Shown in pieces: positions 35,179-44,361 of a stretch of DNA of 64,000 bases. Source of the DNA: Syntrophales bacterium (lineage in GTDB: Bacteria; Desulfobacterota; Syntrophia; Syntrophales; UBA5619); assembly GCA_023229765.1 (NCBI GenBank), contig JALNYO010000010.1, forward strand, positions 40,003 through 104,002. The letters run 5' to 3'. Numbering within the stretch: the first letter of the stretch is position 1; every line of letters starts with the position of its first letter. Made by a program: the position numbers and the translations under genes. The notes under the pieces are model-generated. The model worked only from the letters and a program-made list of their open reading frames with translations. It had not been told where the DNA came from and did no database searches.

Positions 35179-35211
35179 GTCTTTTTTCATCTTAGTCGCT
35201 GAGGTGCGATT

Positions 35212-35628
35212 GTGAAAGATTACATAAAGAGTTCGCCGCATTTTTTTCGCCTGATAAAACTGGCGGCAGCGCTTTTCTGCGGGGCGGTTTTCGTGCTGGC
35301 GTTCTTTATCACGGCGCCGCTTCAGGCGCCGGCAGACATCCGCCATGTTCCCAATCCGGTCAAGTCGGCATGGTTTCTGCTCTGGATTCAGGAACTTGTC
35401 AGCTATTCCCGCTATCTTTCGTATCTGGTCGCCGCGATCGGAGCTTTTTTTCTGCTCATCCCCTGGCTGCCGATCAGCCCCCCGGCCACCCGGGCCAGAT
35501 GGTTTGCCGGCGGCCAGTTCCCGGTGACAGTCATCACGGTTGTCACGTTTACGGCCATTTTAGCGTTGACGATTATAGCCATGTTCTTCAGGGGTGAAAA
35601 TTGGTCTTTTATCGCGCCTGTCTGGTAG
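35212..35628 (+). CDS. Cytochrome b C-terminal-half / subunit-IV-like membrane protein
   Basis: 138 aa with 3 predicted TM helices. PNPVKSAWFLLWIQELVSY occupies the position of the PEWYF-type motif of PetD/cytochrome b C-terminal domains. GTG start after GAGGTG. Confidence 0.6.
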   Translation: MKDYIKSSPHFFRLIKLAAALFCGAVFVLAFFITAPLQAPADIRHVPNPVKSAWFLLWIQELVSYSRYLSYLVAAIGAFFLLIPWLPISPPATRARWFAGGQFPVTVITVVTFTAILALTIIAMFFRGENWSFIAPVW

Positions 35629-36422
35629 CAATATTACTTGCGGTCTCTCTCGCGGATTACGCCTTTCCCGCCCGGCAGAGCGTCTGTATCACCTGCCACC
35701 AGCCTCACTATTCCGGCAAGGGGAGCTGTGTGAGCTGTCACAGGGGTGACGACCGTACCGGGCGTAAGGAAATCGCCCATTATGATCTTGTTGCCGGCAG
35801 ATTTGCCCACTATAAAATCGAGGGGAGTCCGGTGGCGGAGCGGGGGAAAAAACTTCTGGAGCGATTCTCCTGCCGGCGCTGTCATCGTTACGCGGAAAAG
35901 GGGAACCATCTGGCGGGGAGTCTCGATGTGACGGGAGCGACTGGAAAGGTCCGTGATATCTACGAGTCAATCAGGGTGCCGGTGCTCTTCATGCCGAACT
36001 TCCATGCGAACGACGCCCAGATTGCCGATCTGGTGAACGCCATCCTGGCGCGTGCAAAATTTCAAAAGCCGCCGGTGGGAGAAACCGCCCTTATAGTTCA
36101 TTTTCAGGACGTGAAAAATATCCGGAAGAACGTATTTGCCGGAAAATGCGGCAAGTGCCACAAAATCCTCAGCGAACAATCGGGCGGGCTGGGGAGCGGC
36201 TATATTGGTCCGAACCTGTCCGGGCTTTTTTCCGAATTTTATCCCAGGACGTATCGCGACGCGGAATCATGGAATCCCGACAAGCTCAAGAAATGGCTGG
36301 AAAATCCACGTGATATCAGGATAAACGCCATGATGCCGCCGGTGCGGCTTGCACCCGAGGAGTTTGAGCAGCTGCGGGGAATCATCCAGCTCGATAAATC
36401 CTTGCCCGATGCACCCAGGTAG
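35601..36422 (+). CDS. Tetraheme c-type cytochrome (last domain class-I-like with Met ligand region)
   Basis: 273 aa with a signal/anchor ACLVAILLAVSLA. Four CxxCH motifs are present (CITCH, CVSCH, CRRCH, CGKCH). The C-terminal GPNLSG...WLENP...MMPP is typical of class I cytochrome c. Confidence 0.8.
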   Translation: MVFYRACLVAILLAVSLADYAFPARQSVCITCHQPHYSGKGSCVSCHRGDDRTGRKEIAHYDLVAGRFAHYKIEGSPVAERGKKLLERFSCRRCHRYAEKGNHLAGSLDVTGATGKVRDIYESIRVPVLFMPNFHANDAQIADLVNAILARAKFQKPPVGETALIVHFQDVKNIRKNVFAGKCGKCHKILSEQSGGLGSGYIGPNLSGLFSEFYPRTYRDAESWNPDKLKKWLENPRDIRINAMMPPVRLAPEEFEQLRGIIQLDKSLPDAPR

Positions 36423-36665
36423 TTTTTAAGCGTTGAATATTCGGTTGATTGAAGTGAGCTCCCCCCTTCTCTTACATGTTGTAAGTACAGCGATTCCTTT
36501 TTGATGGCATTATCAGAAAATAAGAACCCTTTGGGCCTGCCCTTTGCTCTATAGCCAATTGCATTGTCTTCAGAAATGTGTATATATACATCTACACATG
36601 AAGTGTATGGTCTGCTTTTTATGATTGTTAAACCTCTATAAGAGAAAGGGCTGAAGGAACAAATC

Positions 36666-36938
36666 ATGAAAAATGTTAACGCGTTGAAGATAAGAAATCA
36701 GTTAGGCGCAATCTTGGAGGAACTCAGCGAAACCGGAGAGCCGGTTCTTATCAGCAAGGGACGAAAGGTTCGGGCCGTGTTGGTTACACCCGAACAGTTT
36801 GAAAGACGGTTTCTCGATTTTCAGACGGAAGAAAAAAAGCGGGAGCTTCTTGAGAAGATAGAATCCCTTCGGGCCGGGCGAATCGGGGGAAAAAGCAGCA
36901 CGGATGTGCTACGAGAGTTAAGAGGGTATGAAGTATGA
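36666..36938 (+). CDS. Type II antitoxin, Phd/YefM family
   Basis: 90 aa. The N-terminus VNALKIRNQLGAILEELSETGEPVLISKGRKVRAVLV is the Phd/YefM fold signature. It overlaps the downstream PIN gene by 4 nt (ATGA). Confidence 0.8.
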   Translation: MKNVNALKIRNQLGAILEELSETGEPVLISKGRKVRAVLVTPEQFERRFLDFQTEEKKRELLEKIESLRAGRIGGKSSTDVLRELRGYEV

Positions 36939-37363
36939 TCTGGATCGTTGATGCCTCCGTTACCGTGAAGTGGTTCCTTGCAGAAGAGCGCAATTCCCCT
37001 GCCGATGCCGTGTTGAAGCGCTGGATCGATCAGCCGGAATTTTTTGCGATTCCGGAGCTGTTCTGTTTTGAGGTGTTTTCCGTTCTCTGTCGCATTCATC
37101 CCCGCGGGCGTGAAGTTTTCGTCGAGGGCGTTCTGCCGCTGATTCAGGGTGGAGTTCTCCGGCAGCCAATGACCGAGCAACTGGCCAGCGATGCGGCAAA
37201 CTTAGTGGCGGACGGGCTCACCGGTTACGACGCGTGTTACGCGGCGCTTGCCCGCCAGTTGGGAGGCATGTGGCTCACCTTCGATGCGCGTGCTCATCGC
37301 CTGATCGCCTCCGAGGCCATTTCCCACAATCTGGCCGAAGGCCTGCCGGCGGGGTGGCTTTAA
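36935..37363 (+). CDS. vapC: PIN-domain toxin VapC
   Basis: 142 aa. The sequence MIWIVDASVTVKWFLAEE carries the first acidic PIN residue, and further conserved D/E positions are present (E in ELFCFEV, D in YDACY). Confidence 0.8.
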   Translation: MIWIVDASVTVKWFLAEERNSPADAVLKRWIDQPEFFAIPELFCFEVFSVLCRIHPRGREVFVEGVLPLIQGGVLRQPMTEQLASDAANLVADGLTGYDACYAALARQLGGMWLTFDARAHRLIASEAISHNLAEGLPAGWL

Positions 37364-37597
37364 TTGCTTAAATATCTCTAACAGAAAATGAAAAACTTGA
37401 CGCTGCCGTGTGCATCTTTGCCGCCGAGGTATTGATGTAGCTCGCCCGAATAAAAATTATCTTAAAACCCGTTTGGACACCATTCGGTAAAAACGGCTTG
37501 ATTTTCACGGCTGAAAGAAATATTACTCCCGAACATTATAAGGGTAAGTTGGCAGCGCGTTTTCGCCGTTGGATAATTGAAAAACGAGGTGATTTAA

Positions 37598-37894
37598 TTG
37601 GATAATATCAAGATCAGCAAGGATGAAGTCGCCTATGTGGCCCATCTGGCACGTCTCGAATTCAAGGAAGAGGAAACGGAAAAATTCACCGCCCAGATGA
37701 ACGATATCCTCAGTTATATGGATAAGCTCTCCGAGGTGGATACGGCAGGGGTGACGCCGCTGGCCAACGCGACCCTGCGCAAGAACGCCTTCCGGACGGA
37801 CGTCGTCGGAGAGTCCCTTCCCCCGGAGCAGTCGCTCGCCAATGCGCCGGAGACACGCGGCGGGTTTTTCCAGGTGCCGAAGATAATCGAATAA
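37598..37894 (+). CDS. gatC: Asp/Glu-tRNA(Asn/Gln) amidotransferase subunit C
   Basis: 98 aa. The sequence ISKDEVAYVAHLARLEFKEEETEKFTAQMNDILSYMDKLSEVDT is canonical GatC. TTG start. Confidence 0.9.
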   Translation: MDNIKISKDEVAYVAHLARLEFKEEETEKFTAQMNDILSYMDKLSEVDTAGVTPLANATLRKNAFRTDVVGESLPPEQSLANAPETRGGFFQVPKIIE

Positions 37895-37991
37895 CGAGGA
37901 GAAATCGTAACAAATCGTCACGCCGGTGCAAACCGGGGGTCACGAAAGATCAGTGGCTGTCCCCAATTAAGAGAAGAAAGAGAAATGCTTT

Positions 37992-39449
37992 ATGGAATTG
38001 AATCAACTGACAATTCACGAACTTAAAGAAAAACTCCGTTCCGGCGCGACCACCGCCGAGGAGATAACGGCCTCATCCTTTGCCCGAATTGAGGCGGTGG
38101 AAAAGGATGTCCATGCGTATATCACGCTGATGAAAGAGACGGCTTTTGCCGAGGCGAAACGGGCTGACGAGGCGATTAAAAAAGGCGAAGGCGGGCTGCT
38201 GGCCGGCATCCCGATCGCGCTGAAGGACATCGCCTGCACAAAGGGAACCCTTACGACCTGCGGCTCCCGGATGCTTTCCAATTTCGTGCCGCCGTACGAC
38301 GCGGCCGTCATTGAGAAACTGCGCGAGGCGGGGGCGGTATTCACCGGTAAGACCAACATGGATGAATTTGCAATGGGCTCCTCCACCGAGACATCGTTTT
38401 ATGGCACATCCAGAAACCCGTGGGATTTAGAGAGAATTCCCGGCGGCTCCAGCGGCGGTTCGGCGGCGGCTGTAGCGGCAGACGAGTGCATCGCCGCGAT
38501 CGGCTCTGACACGGGCGGCTCAATTCGCCAGCCGGCGGCTCTTTGCGGCATCGTCGGAATGAAGCCTACCTACGGCCGGGTTTCCCGGTATGGGCTCATT
38601 GCCTTTGCCTCCTCTCTCGACCAGATCGGCCCGTTCACAAAGGATGTGGAGGACTGCGCGCTCATGATGAATGTCCTTTCCGGCTACGACAGACGCGATT
38701 CGACGTCGGCTGATCAGGAAGTACCCGATTACCGGCAGTTTCTCGGCAAGGGAATCGCTGGCTGGAAAGTTGGCATTCCGAAGGAGTATTTTGTAGGCGG
38801 GCTCGACCCCGAGGTTGAGGAGGCGGTCCGCGGGGCAATCAAAACCATCGAGGAAGCCGGCGCCCAATGCGTGGAGGTTTCGCTTCCCCATACGGAATAC
38901 TGCCTCGCCGTTTACTATATCGTGGCGCCGGCGGAGGCCTCCTCGAATCTCGCCCGTTACGACGGCGTTAAATATGGCTTCCGTTTTCCGGAGGGGCGCG
39001 ACCTTTTAGACATGTATAAAAAAACCCGTTCGGCAGGGTTTGGAAACGAGGTAAAAAGGCGCATTATGATAGGTACTTATGCGCTTTCATCGGGGTATTA
39101 TGACGCCTATTATAAGAAGGCCTCTCAGGTGCGCTCGCTGATCAAGCGGGATTTCGACGAGGCGTTCAAGACCTGCGACGCGCTTCTGACGCCGACGACG
39201 CCGACCCCAGCCTTCCGCATCGGCGAAAAAACGGACGACCCGATGCAGATGTATCTTTCCGATCTTTTTACCATTTCGACAAATCTGGCGGGAATTCCCG
39301 GGATATCCGTACCCTGCGGCTACAGCGCCTCCGGTCTGCCGATTGGGGTACAGTTTCTGGCGGGGCACTTCCAAGAGGGCCGTCTGCTCCAGATCGCCTC
39401 GGAGTACGAAAAACACGCCCAAATCGAGAAAAGGAGACCTAATCTCTAA
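37992..39449 (+). CDS. gatA: Amidotransferase subunit A
   Basis: 485 aa with the amidase signature [13 protein letters not shown]...[13 protein letters not shown]. Confidence 0.95.
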   Translation: MELNQLTIHELKEKLRSGATTAEEITASSFARIEAVEKDVHAYITLMKETAFAEAKRADEAIKKGEGGLLAGIPIALKDIACTKGTLTTCGSRMLSNFVPPYDAAVIEKLREAGAVFTGKTNMDEFAMGSSTETSFYGTSRNPWDLERIPGGSSGGSAAAVAADECIAAIGSDTGGSIRQPAALCGIVGMKPTYGRVSRYGLIAFASSLDQIGPFTKDVEDCALMMNVLSGYDRRDSTSADQEVPDYRQFLGKGIAGWKVGIPKEYFVGGLDPEVEEAVRGAIKTIEEAGAQCVEVSLPHTEYCLAVYYIVAPAEASSNLARYDGVKYGFRFPEGRDLLDMYKKTRSAGFGNEVKRRIMIGTYALSSGYYDAYYKKASQVRSLIKRDFDEAFKTCDALLTPTTPTPAFRIGEKTDDPMQMYLSDLFTISTNLAGIPGISVPCGYSASGLPIGVQFLAGHFQEGRLLQIASEYEKHAQIEKRRPNL

Positions 39450-40882
39450 TGAATTTTGAACCTGTAATCGGGCTGGAGGTGCACGCCCAGCTTTTGACTG
39501 ATACCAAGATCTTCTGCGACTGCTCCACCAAATTCGGCGCGGAGCCGAACAGCCATACCTGCCCGGTCTGCCTCGGGATGCCCGGGGTGCTGCCGGTGCT
39601 GAACAAAAAGGTCGTCGATTTTCTGCTGAAAATGGCGATGGCAACCAATTGCAAGATCAACCGGGAATCGAGTTTCGCCCGAAAAAACTATTTTTATCCA
39701 GATCTTCCGAAGGGCTACCAGATATCCCAATACGCCGAGCCGCCCGTTGAACATGGCTGGATCGATATCGAAACCGAGGGCGGCAAAAAGCGGATCGGGA
39801 TAACCCGCATCCACATGGAGGAGGATGCGGGCAAGCTGATTCACGACGAAAACAGTCCGGCGAGCTATGTCGATCTGAACCGCACCGGGGTGCCCCTGAT
39901 CGAGATCGTGGGCGATCCGGACCTTCGCAGCGCTGAGGAAGCGGCGGCTTATCTCCGGCGGATTCACGAAATCCTTGTCTATCTGGAGATCTGCGACGGC
40001 AACATGGAGGAGGGGAGCTTCCGCTGCGACGCGAATATCTCCCTGCGTCCGGTCGGACAGAAGGAATTCGGCACCAGGACCGAGCTCAAGAACATGAATT
40101 CCTTCCGGAATGTTCAGCGCGCCCTCGAATACGAGATCAAACGTCAGCAATACCTGCTCGAAAGCGGCGGCGTGGTGGTGCAGGAAACCCGCCTGTGGGA
40201 CGACGCTGCGGGGGTGACCAAATCGATGCGGAGCAAGGAGGAGGCCCACGACTACCGCTATTTCCCCGAACCTGATCTTGTTCCCATAGTGGTTGACGAC
40301 GAGTGGCAAGACGAAATCCGCCGCGCCATGCCGGAGTTGCCCCTGGAAAAGCGGGAGCGTTTTTCCAGCGAATACCAGCTTTCCGCCTATGACGCCGGGG
40401 TGCTTACCCAAAGCCGGGCGCTTGCCGACTATTTCGAAGAGGTCGCCCGCCTTTCCGGACAGCCGAAGGCGGCCGCGAACTGGGTAATGGGCGATATCCT
40501 GCGGTTTTTGAACGACGAGAAGAAAACCGTCGGGGAGTGCCCGGTTTCCCCAGCCAACCTCGCCGCGATGATCAGGCTGATTCAGGAGGGGACGATCAGC
40601 GGCAAGATGGCCAAGGATATCAGCGAGGCGATGTACAAAACCGGCGGAACGCCGGAAGAGATCATCAAGGAAAAGGGTCTCGTCCAGATCACCGACGGGG
40701 ATGCCCTCGCGGCAACACTTTCCGCAATCCTGGCAAAAAACCCCGGGCAGGTCGCCCAGTATCAGTCCGGAAAGGAAAAGCTCTTCGGTTTCTTTGTCGG
40801 TCAGGCGATGAAGGCGACCGGAGGCAAGGCCAATCCCCAGATGCTTAACGACCTGCTGAAAAAAATGCTGGCAAAACATTAA
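39449..40882 (+). CDS. gatB: Amidotransferase subunit B
   Basis: 477 aa. The sequence [15 protein letters not shown]...KIFC...[13 protein letters not shown] is canonical GatB. Its start overlaps the gatA stop by 1 nt. Confidence 0.95.
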   Translation: MNFEPVIGLEVHAQLLTDTKIFCDCSTKFGAEPNSHTCPVCLGMPGVLPVLNKKVVDFLLKMAMATNCKINRESSFARKNYFYPDLPKGYQISQYAEPPVEHGWIDIETEGGKKRIGITRIHMEEDAGKLIHDENSPASYVDLNRTGVPLIEIVGDPDLRSAEEAAAYLRRIHEILVYLEICDGNMEEGSFRCDANISLRPVGQKEFGTRTELKNMNSFRNVQRALEYEIKRQQYLLESGGVVVQETRLWDDAAGVTKSMRSKEEAHDYRYFPEPDLVPIVVDDEWQDEIRRAMPELPLEKRERFSSEYQLSAYDAGVLTQSRALADYFEEVARLSGQPKAAANWVMGDILRFLNDEKKTVGECPVSPANLAAMIRLIQEGTISGKMAKDISEAMYKTGGTPEEIIKEKGLVQITDGDALAATLSAILAKNPGQVAQYQSGKEKLFGFFVGQAMKATGGKANPQMLNDLLKKMLAKH

Positions 40883-42024
40883 TGGATCCCCTGAAGGACC
40901 CGATCCAGACGCTTTTCTGGAAAGACAACGCCGTCATCCTGCTTGATCAGCGGGCCCTGCCGATCGAGGAGAATTATCTGACCTGCACCGATTACCGGCA
41001 GATTGTCGCTGCGATCAAAAACCTGACGGTCCGCGGCGCTCCGGCCATCGGCGTCGCGGCGGCAATGGGAATCGCCCTCGGCGCCCTTTCCCTCTCCGGC
41101 GAGTCACCCCTCCAGATAGAGCATAATTTTGACGAAATATGCAGTCAATTCTCGGCCTCCCGCCCGACCGCCCGGAACCTGTTCTGGGGGATAGAGCGAA
41201 TGCGCGGCCGTTTTAACGAATCCCTGAAGCAGTTGTCAAAAAACGGTCAAAGTTTGGAAAATCACAATTATTTATCCCCAGCCAGTTCTCCCCAGTCAAT
41301 CAGTGCAACGGATATCGCGGTTATTCAAAATATCCTGATCGCCGAGGCCATTCAGATATGCGAGGAGGATATCGCGATCAACATCCGCCTCGGCCAAAAC
41401 GGCAGCGATTTAATACCCGACGGCGCCCGGATCCTTACCCACTGCAACGCCGGGGCGCTCGCCACCGCCGGCTATGGAACGGCCCTCGGCGTCGTTCGGG
41501 CGGCCTGGGAAAAAGGCAAAAAACTCCACGTTTACGCCGACGAAACACGCCCGGTTCTCCAGGGGGCAAGGCTTACCGCATGGGAACTGACCCGCGAAGG
41601 CATCCCCTGCACACTGATTACCGACAATATGGCGGCTTTTCTGATGAAACAAAAGAAGGTCGATCTGGTGATCGTTGGGGCCGACCGCATCGCCGCGAAC
41701 GGCGATACTGCAAACAAGATCGGTACTTATGGACTCGCAGTCCTTGCCCGCGCCCACGGACTCCCCCTCTATGTCGCCGCCCCCCTCTCGACAATCGATA
41801 CCTCCCTCGCCGATGGCAGCCAGATCCCCATCGAGGAGCGGGATCACGCCGAGGTAACTCACTGCGGCGGCGCCCAGACCGCCCCGGCAGGCGTCTGCGT
41901 CTGGAATCCCGCCTTCGACGTCACCCCGGCAGACCTCATAACCGCGATCATCACCGAAAAGGGCGTCATCCGTCCGCCCTTTGACGCCGGCATCAAATCT
42001 CTTCATCAGCCGTCCGCAAAATAA
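40882..42024 (+). CDS. mtnA: S-methyl-5-thioribose-1-phosphate isomerase (eIF-2B alpha/beta/delta family)
   Basis: 380 aa with the sequences LDQRALP...VRGAPAIGVAAAMG...THCNAGALAT...VGADRIAANGDTANKIGTY. It is translationally coupled to gatB (TAATG). Confidence 0.85.
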   Translation: MDPLKDPIQTLFWKDNAVILLDQRALPIEENYLTCTDYRQIVAAIKNLTVRGAPAIGVAAAMGIALGALSLSGESPLQIEHNFDEICSQFSASRPTARNLFWGIERMRGRFNESLKQLSKNGQSLENHNYLSPASSPQSISATDIAVIQNILIAEAIQICEEDIAINIRLGQNGSDLIPDGARILTHCNAGALATAGYGTALGVVRAAWEKGKKLHVYADETRPVLQGARLTAWELTREGIPCTLITDNMAAFLMKQKKVDLVIVGADRIAANGDTANKIGTYGLAVLARAHGLPLYVAAPLSTIDTSLADGSQIPIEERDHAEVTHCGGAQTAPAGVCVWNPAFDVTPADLITAIITEKGVIRPPFDAGIKSLHQPSAK

Positions 42025-42086
42025 TTCGACCGGGGTTTTTGCTGTGGCGCCGACCCTGCGGTCCGGGAAGCCTGAGCCGATTTCTC

Positions 42087-42115
42087 TTGACACATCCCTG
42101 CCTTATTTCTATAAC
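42087..42115 (+). promoter_or_regulatory. Candidate sigma-70 promoter for kup
   Basis: TTGACA (42087-42092) - 17 nt - TATAAC (42110-42115), about 47 nt upstream of the kup start. Confidence 0.45.
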
Positions 42116-42161
42116 TGCCCGGCCGGAAAAAGATTAGACATGAAGAAAGGTTGTTATTGAA

Positions 42162-44225
42162 TTGAATTCTTCTCCCGCAGCAACAGACGTTGAGGGCGGC
42201 GTTTCCAAAAAGACAAGCTTGCTGGTGCTGGGCATTTCCGCGCTGGGGGTGGTGTACGGCGATATCGGGACGAGCCCCCTATATGCGATAAAACAGACCT
42301 TCTTCGGGGCGCATCCGCTGGCGCGGAATCTGGAAAATGTTCTGGGCGTTCTGTCACTGGTTTTCTGGACTTTGCTGCTTATCGTGTGCCTCAAGTATGT
42401 TCTTTTGGTGCTGCGCGCCGACTTTCACGGCGAAGGGGGCATCTTCGCCCTCCTCGGGATCATCAGGGAACAGCATGCCAAAGACGTAAAGCCCAAAAGG
42501 TTTATGTGGGTAGTTACTACTGCCGTCATGATCGGCGCGGCCACTCTTTACGGCGATGGCGTCATCACTCCGGCGATCTCGGTGCTTTCGGCCTATGAGG
42601 GGCTCGAGGTGATAACGTCGGCCTTCAAACCTGCCATCATCTGGCTGACCGCGGTTACGCTGCTGCTGCTTTTTCTGTTCCAGAGTCGCGGCACGGCGCG
42701 CGTCGGCGGCACCTTCGGACCGATCATGGTCGTCTGGTTCATCACCATCGGCGTGGCTGGGCTCGTCTGGATCATCGCTCATCCCGTTGTGCTTAAGGCG
42801 GTCAATCCGCTGTATGCCCTCCAATTTCTCCATGCCCACGGCATCCGGGTGGTCTTCGTGCTGGGGGCGATTGTGCTCGCCATCACCGGCGTTGAGGCCC
42901 TTTATGCCGACATGGGCCATTTCGGTCGCCGGGCAGTCCAGTTTTCCTGGTACTCGTTCGTTTTTCCCTGCCTGCTTTTAAACTATTTTGGTCAGGGGGC
43001 GCGGCTGCTCGACAGTGCGCCCGTTCCCAACAACAATCTCTTCTATGCCCTCTTTCCGCAGTACGATCCGATCATCTATCTGGTCGTCGCGTTGGCGACT
43101 ATGGCCACGGTGATCGCCTCGCAGGCGCTGATTTCGGGCGCCTTCAGCATGACCAGGCAGGGAATTGTCCTGGGGTTTTTCCCCCGCATCAACATTGTCT
43201 TCACGTCGGCCGAAATCGAAGGGCAGATTTACATCCCCGCGGTGAACTGGCTTCTCCTGGCCGGCTGCCTGCTTCTGGTGATAGGCTTCAGAACGTCGAG
43301 TTCGCTGGCTGCGGCTTATGGCATCGCGGTTACGGCAACAATGGCCATCACAACGTTCATCTTTTATTTGGTAGCGCGGGGCTGGAGATGGAAGCGGCAG
43401 TTGATCGGTCCGGCCTGCCTTTTGTTCCTCCTGATCGAGCTTGCCTACTTTTCCGCCAACACCCTGAAGTTCCTTGACGGCGGTTTCGTTCCGATCGTGA
43501 TCGCCCTGTTCCTTTTTTATCTGATGAAGACCTGGCAGTGGGGGAGGGCGCAATTGGCCTTCGCCTTTTCCGAGTTTCTGAATGTTCCCCTCCAGCGTTA
43601 CCTGGAGTTGAAGCAGCAAATGACCGAAAGCCCGCACCTGCGCACCCAGTTTGGCATGCGCAGCATAGCCCAGGTCGAACGGGCCATTGTTTTTATGACC
43701 TCCAGACCCATCCTGTCGCCCGCAGACCCCTGCCCAATCGGCCTGAGAATCTATATCCGGCGCAACGGCGCAATGCCCAAACACATTATCCTGCTGAACG
43801 TCGCCCAGTTAAGCAGGCCGGTCGTTCCCGACGCGGAGCGCTTTGACGTGATTTCACTCGGCGTGAATACCGTAGCTGTCAACGCCCGCTATGGCTACAC
43901 GCAGAAACCCGATGTTCCTGTTCTGCTGCGGACGCTCAAGAGGAAAGGGCTCTTACGGATAAATGAGAGGCGCTGGACCATTCAAGTCGGCGAGGAGGAG
44001 ATATTGCTCGACTCCTCTTTACGGCTTTTCCGACGGCTGATGTTGAGATTTTTCCTGACGATCATGCGCTTTACCAATTCCGCCGATCGCTATTTTGGTC
44101 TGCGCGAGTTTGCCGGGCGCAACAAAACGATCATCCCGGTTGTCATCGGGCGCAAATTCGCCCACGTGATCGTCCTCGACGACGATCCCGCCGAGCTGAA
44201 ATCAGGCATGGATTTAAAGAAATAA
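42162..44225 (+). CDS. kup: KUP-family potassium transporter
   Basis: 687 aa with the hallmark LGVVYGDIGTSPLYA followed by about 12 TM segments and a cytoplasmic C-terminal domain. TTG start. Confidence 0.9.
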   Translation: MNSSPAATDVEGGVSKKTSLLVLGISALGVVYGDIGTSPLYAIKQTFFGAHPLARNLENVLGVLSLVFWTLLLIVCLKYVLLVLRADFHGEGGIFALLGIIREQHAKDVKPKRFMWVVTTAVMIGAATLYGDGVITPAISVLSAYEGLEVITSAFKPAIIWLTAVTLLLLFLFQSRGTARVGGTFGPIMVVWFITIGVAGLVWIIAHPVVLKAVNPLYALQFLHAHGIRVVFVLGAIVLAITGVEALYADMGHFGRRAVQFSWYSFVFPCLLLNYFGQGARLLDSAPVPNNNLFYALFPQYDPIIYLVVALATMATVIASQALISGAFSMTRQGIVLGFFPRINIVFTSAEIEGQIYIPAVNWLLLAGCLLLVIGFRTSSSLAAAYGIAVTATMAITTFIFYLVARGWRWKRQLIGPACLLFLLIELAYFSANTLKFLDGGFVPIVIALFLFYLMKTWQWGRAQLAFAFSEFLNVPLQRYLELKQQMTESPHLRTQFGMRSIAQVERAIVFMTSRPILSPADPCPIGLRIYIRRNGAMPKHIILLNVAQLSRPVVPDAERFDVISLGVNTVAVNARYGYTQKPDVPVLLRTLKRKGLLRINERRWTIQVGEEEILLDSSLRLFRRLMLRFFLTIMRFTNSADRYFGLREFAGRNKTIIPVVIGRKFAHVIVLDDDPAELKSGMDLKK

Positions 44226-44361
44226 GCGACTTTTAAATATCTTTTTTTATAGACTGAAATTCCTCAAAACCATGCTGTCTCCTCAAGCCAACATCTTGTT
44301 TTCGCCATGTCCGCCCAGAGCATTGCGAAATTACATCAAAAGAAATGCAGGGTCCCGAAGT

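Noticed and set aside
36239-36667. 142-aa minus-strand ORF spanning the 3' end of the tetraheme cytochrome gene and the following intergenic region.
   Set aside because: It overlaps a well-supported gene. It has no motif, RBS or partner context.
39446-40879. 477-aa ORF on the minus strand, exactly mirroring gatB.
   Set aside because: It is an antisense shadow ORF of a highly conserved gene. Its translation is Arg/Gly/Leu-rich low-complexity sequence with no recognisable motif, whereas the plus-strand product is canonical GatB.
41200-41340. About 30-aa low-complexity insertion in MtnA (KNGQSLENHNYLSPASSPQSISATD).
   Set aside because: It is probably a lineage-specific surface loop. It cannot be evaluated without an alignment and has no functional implication that I can support.
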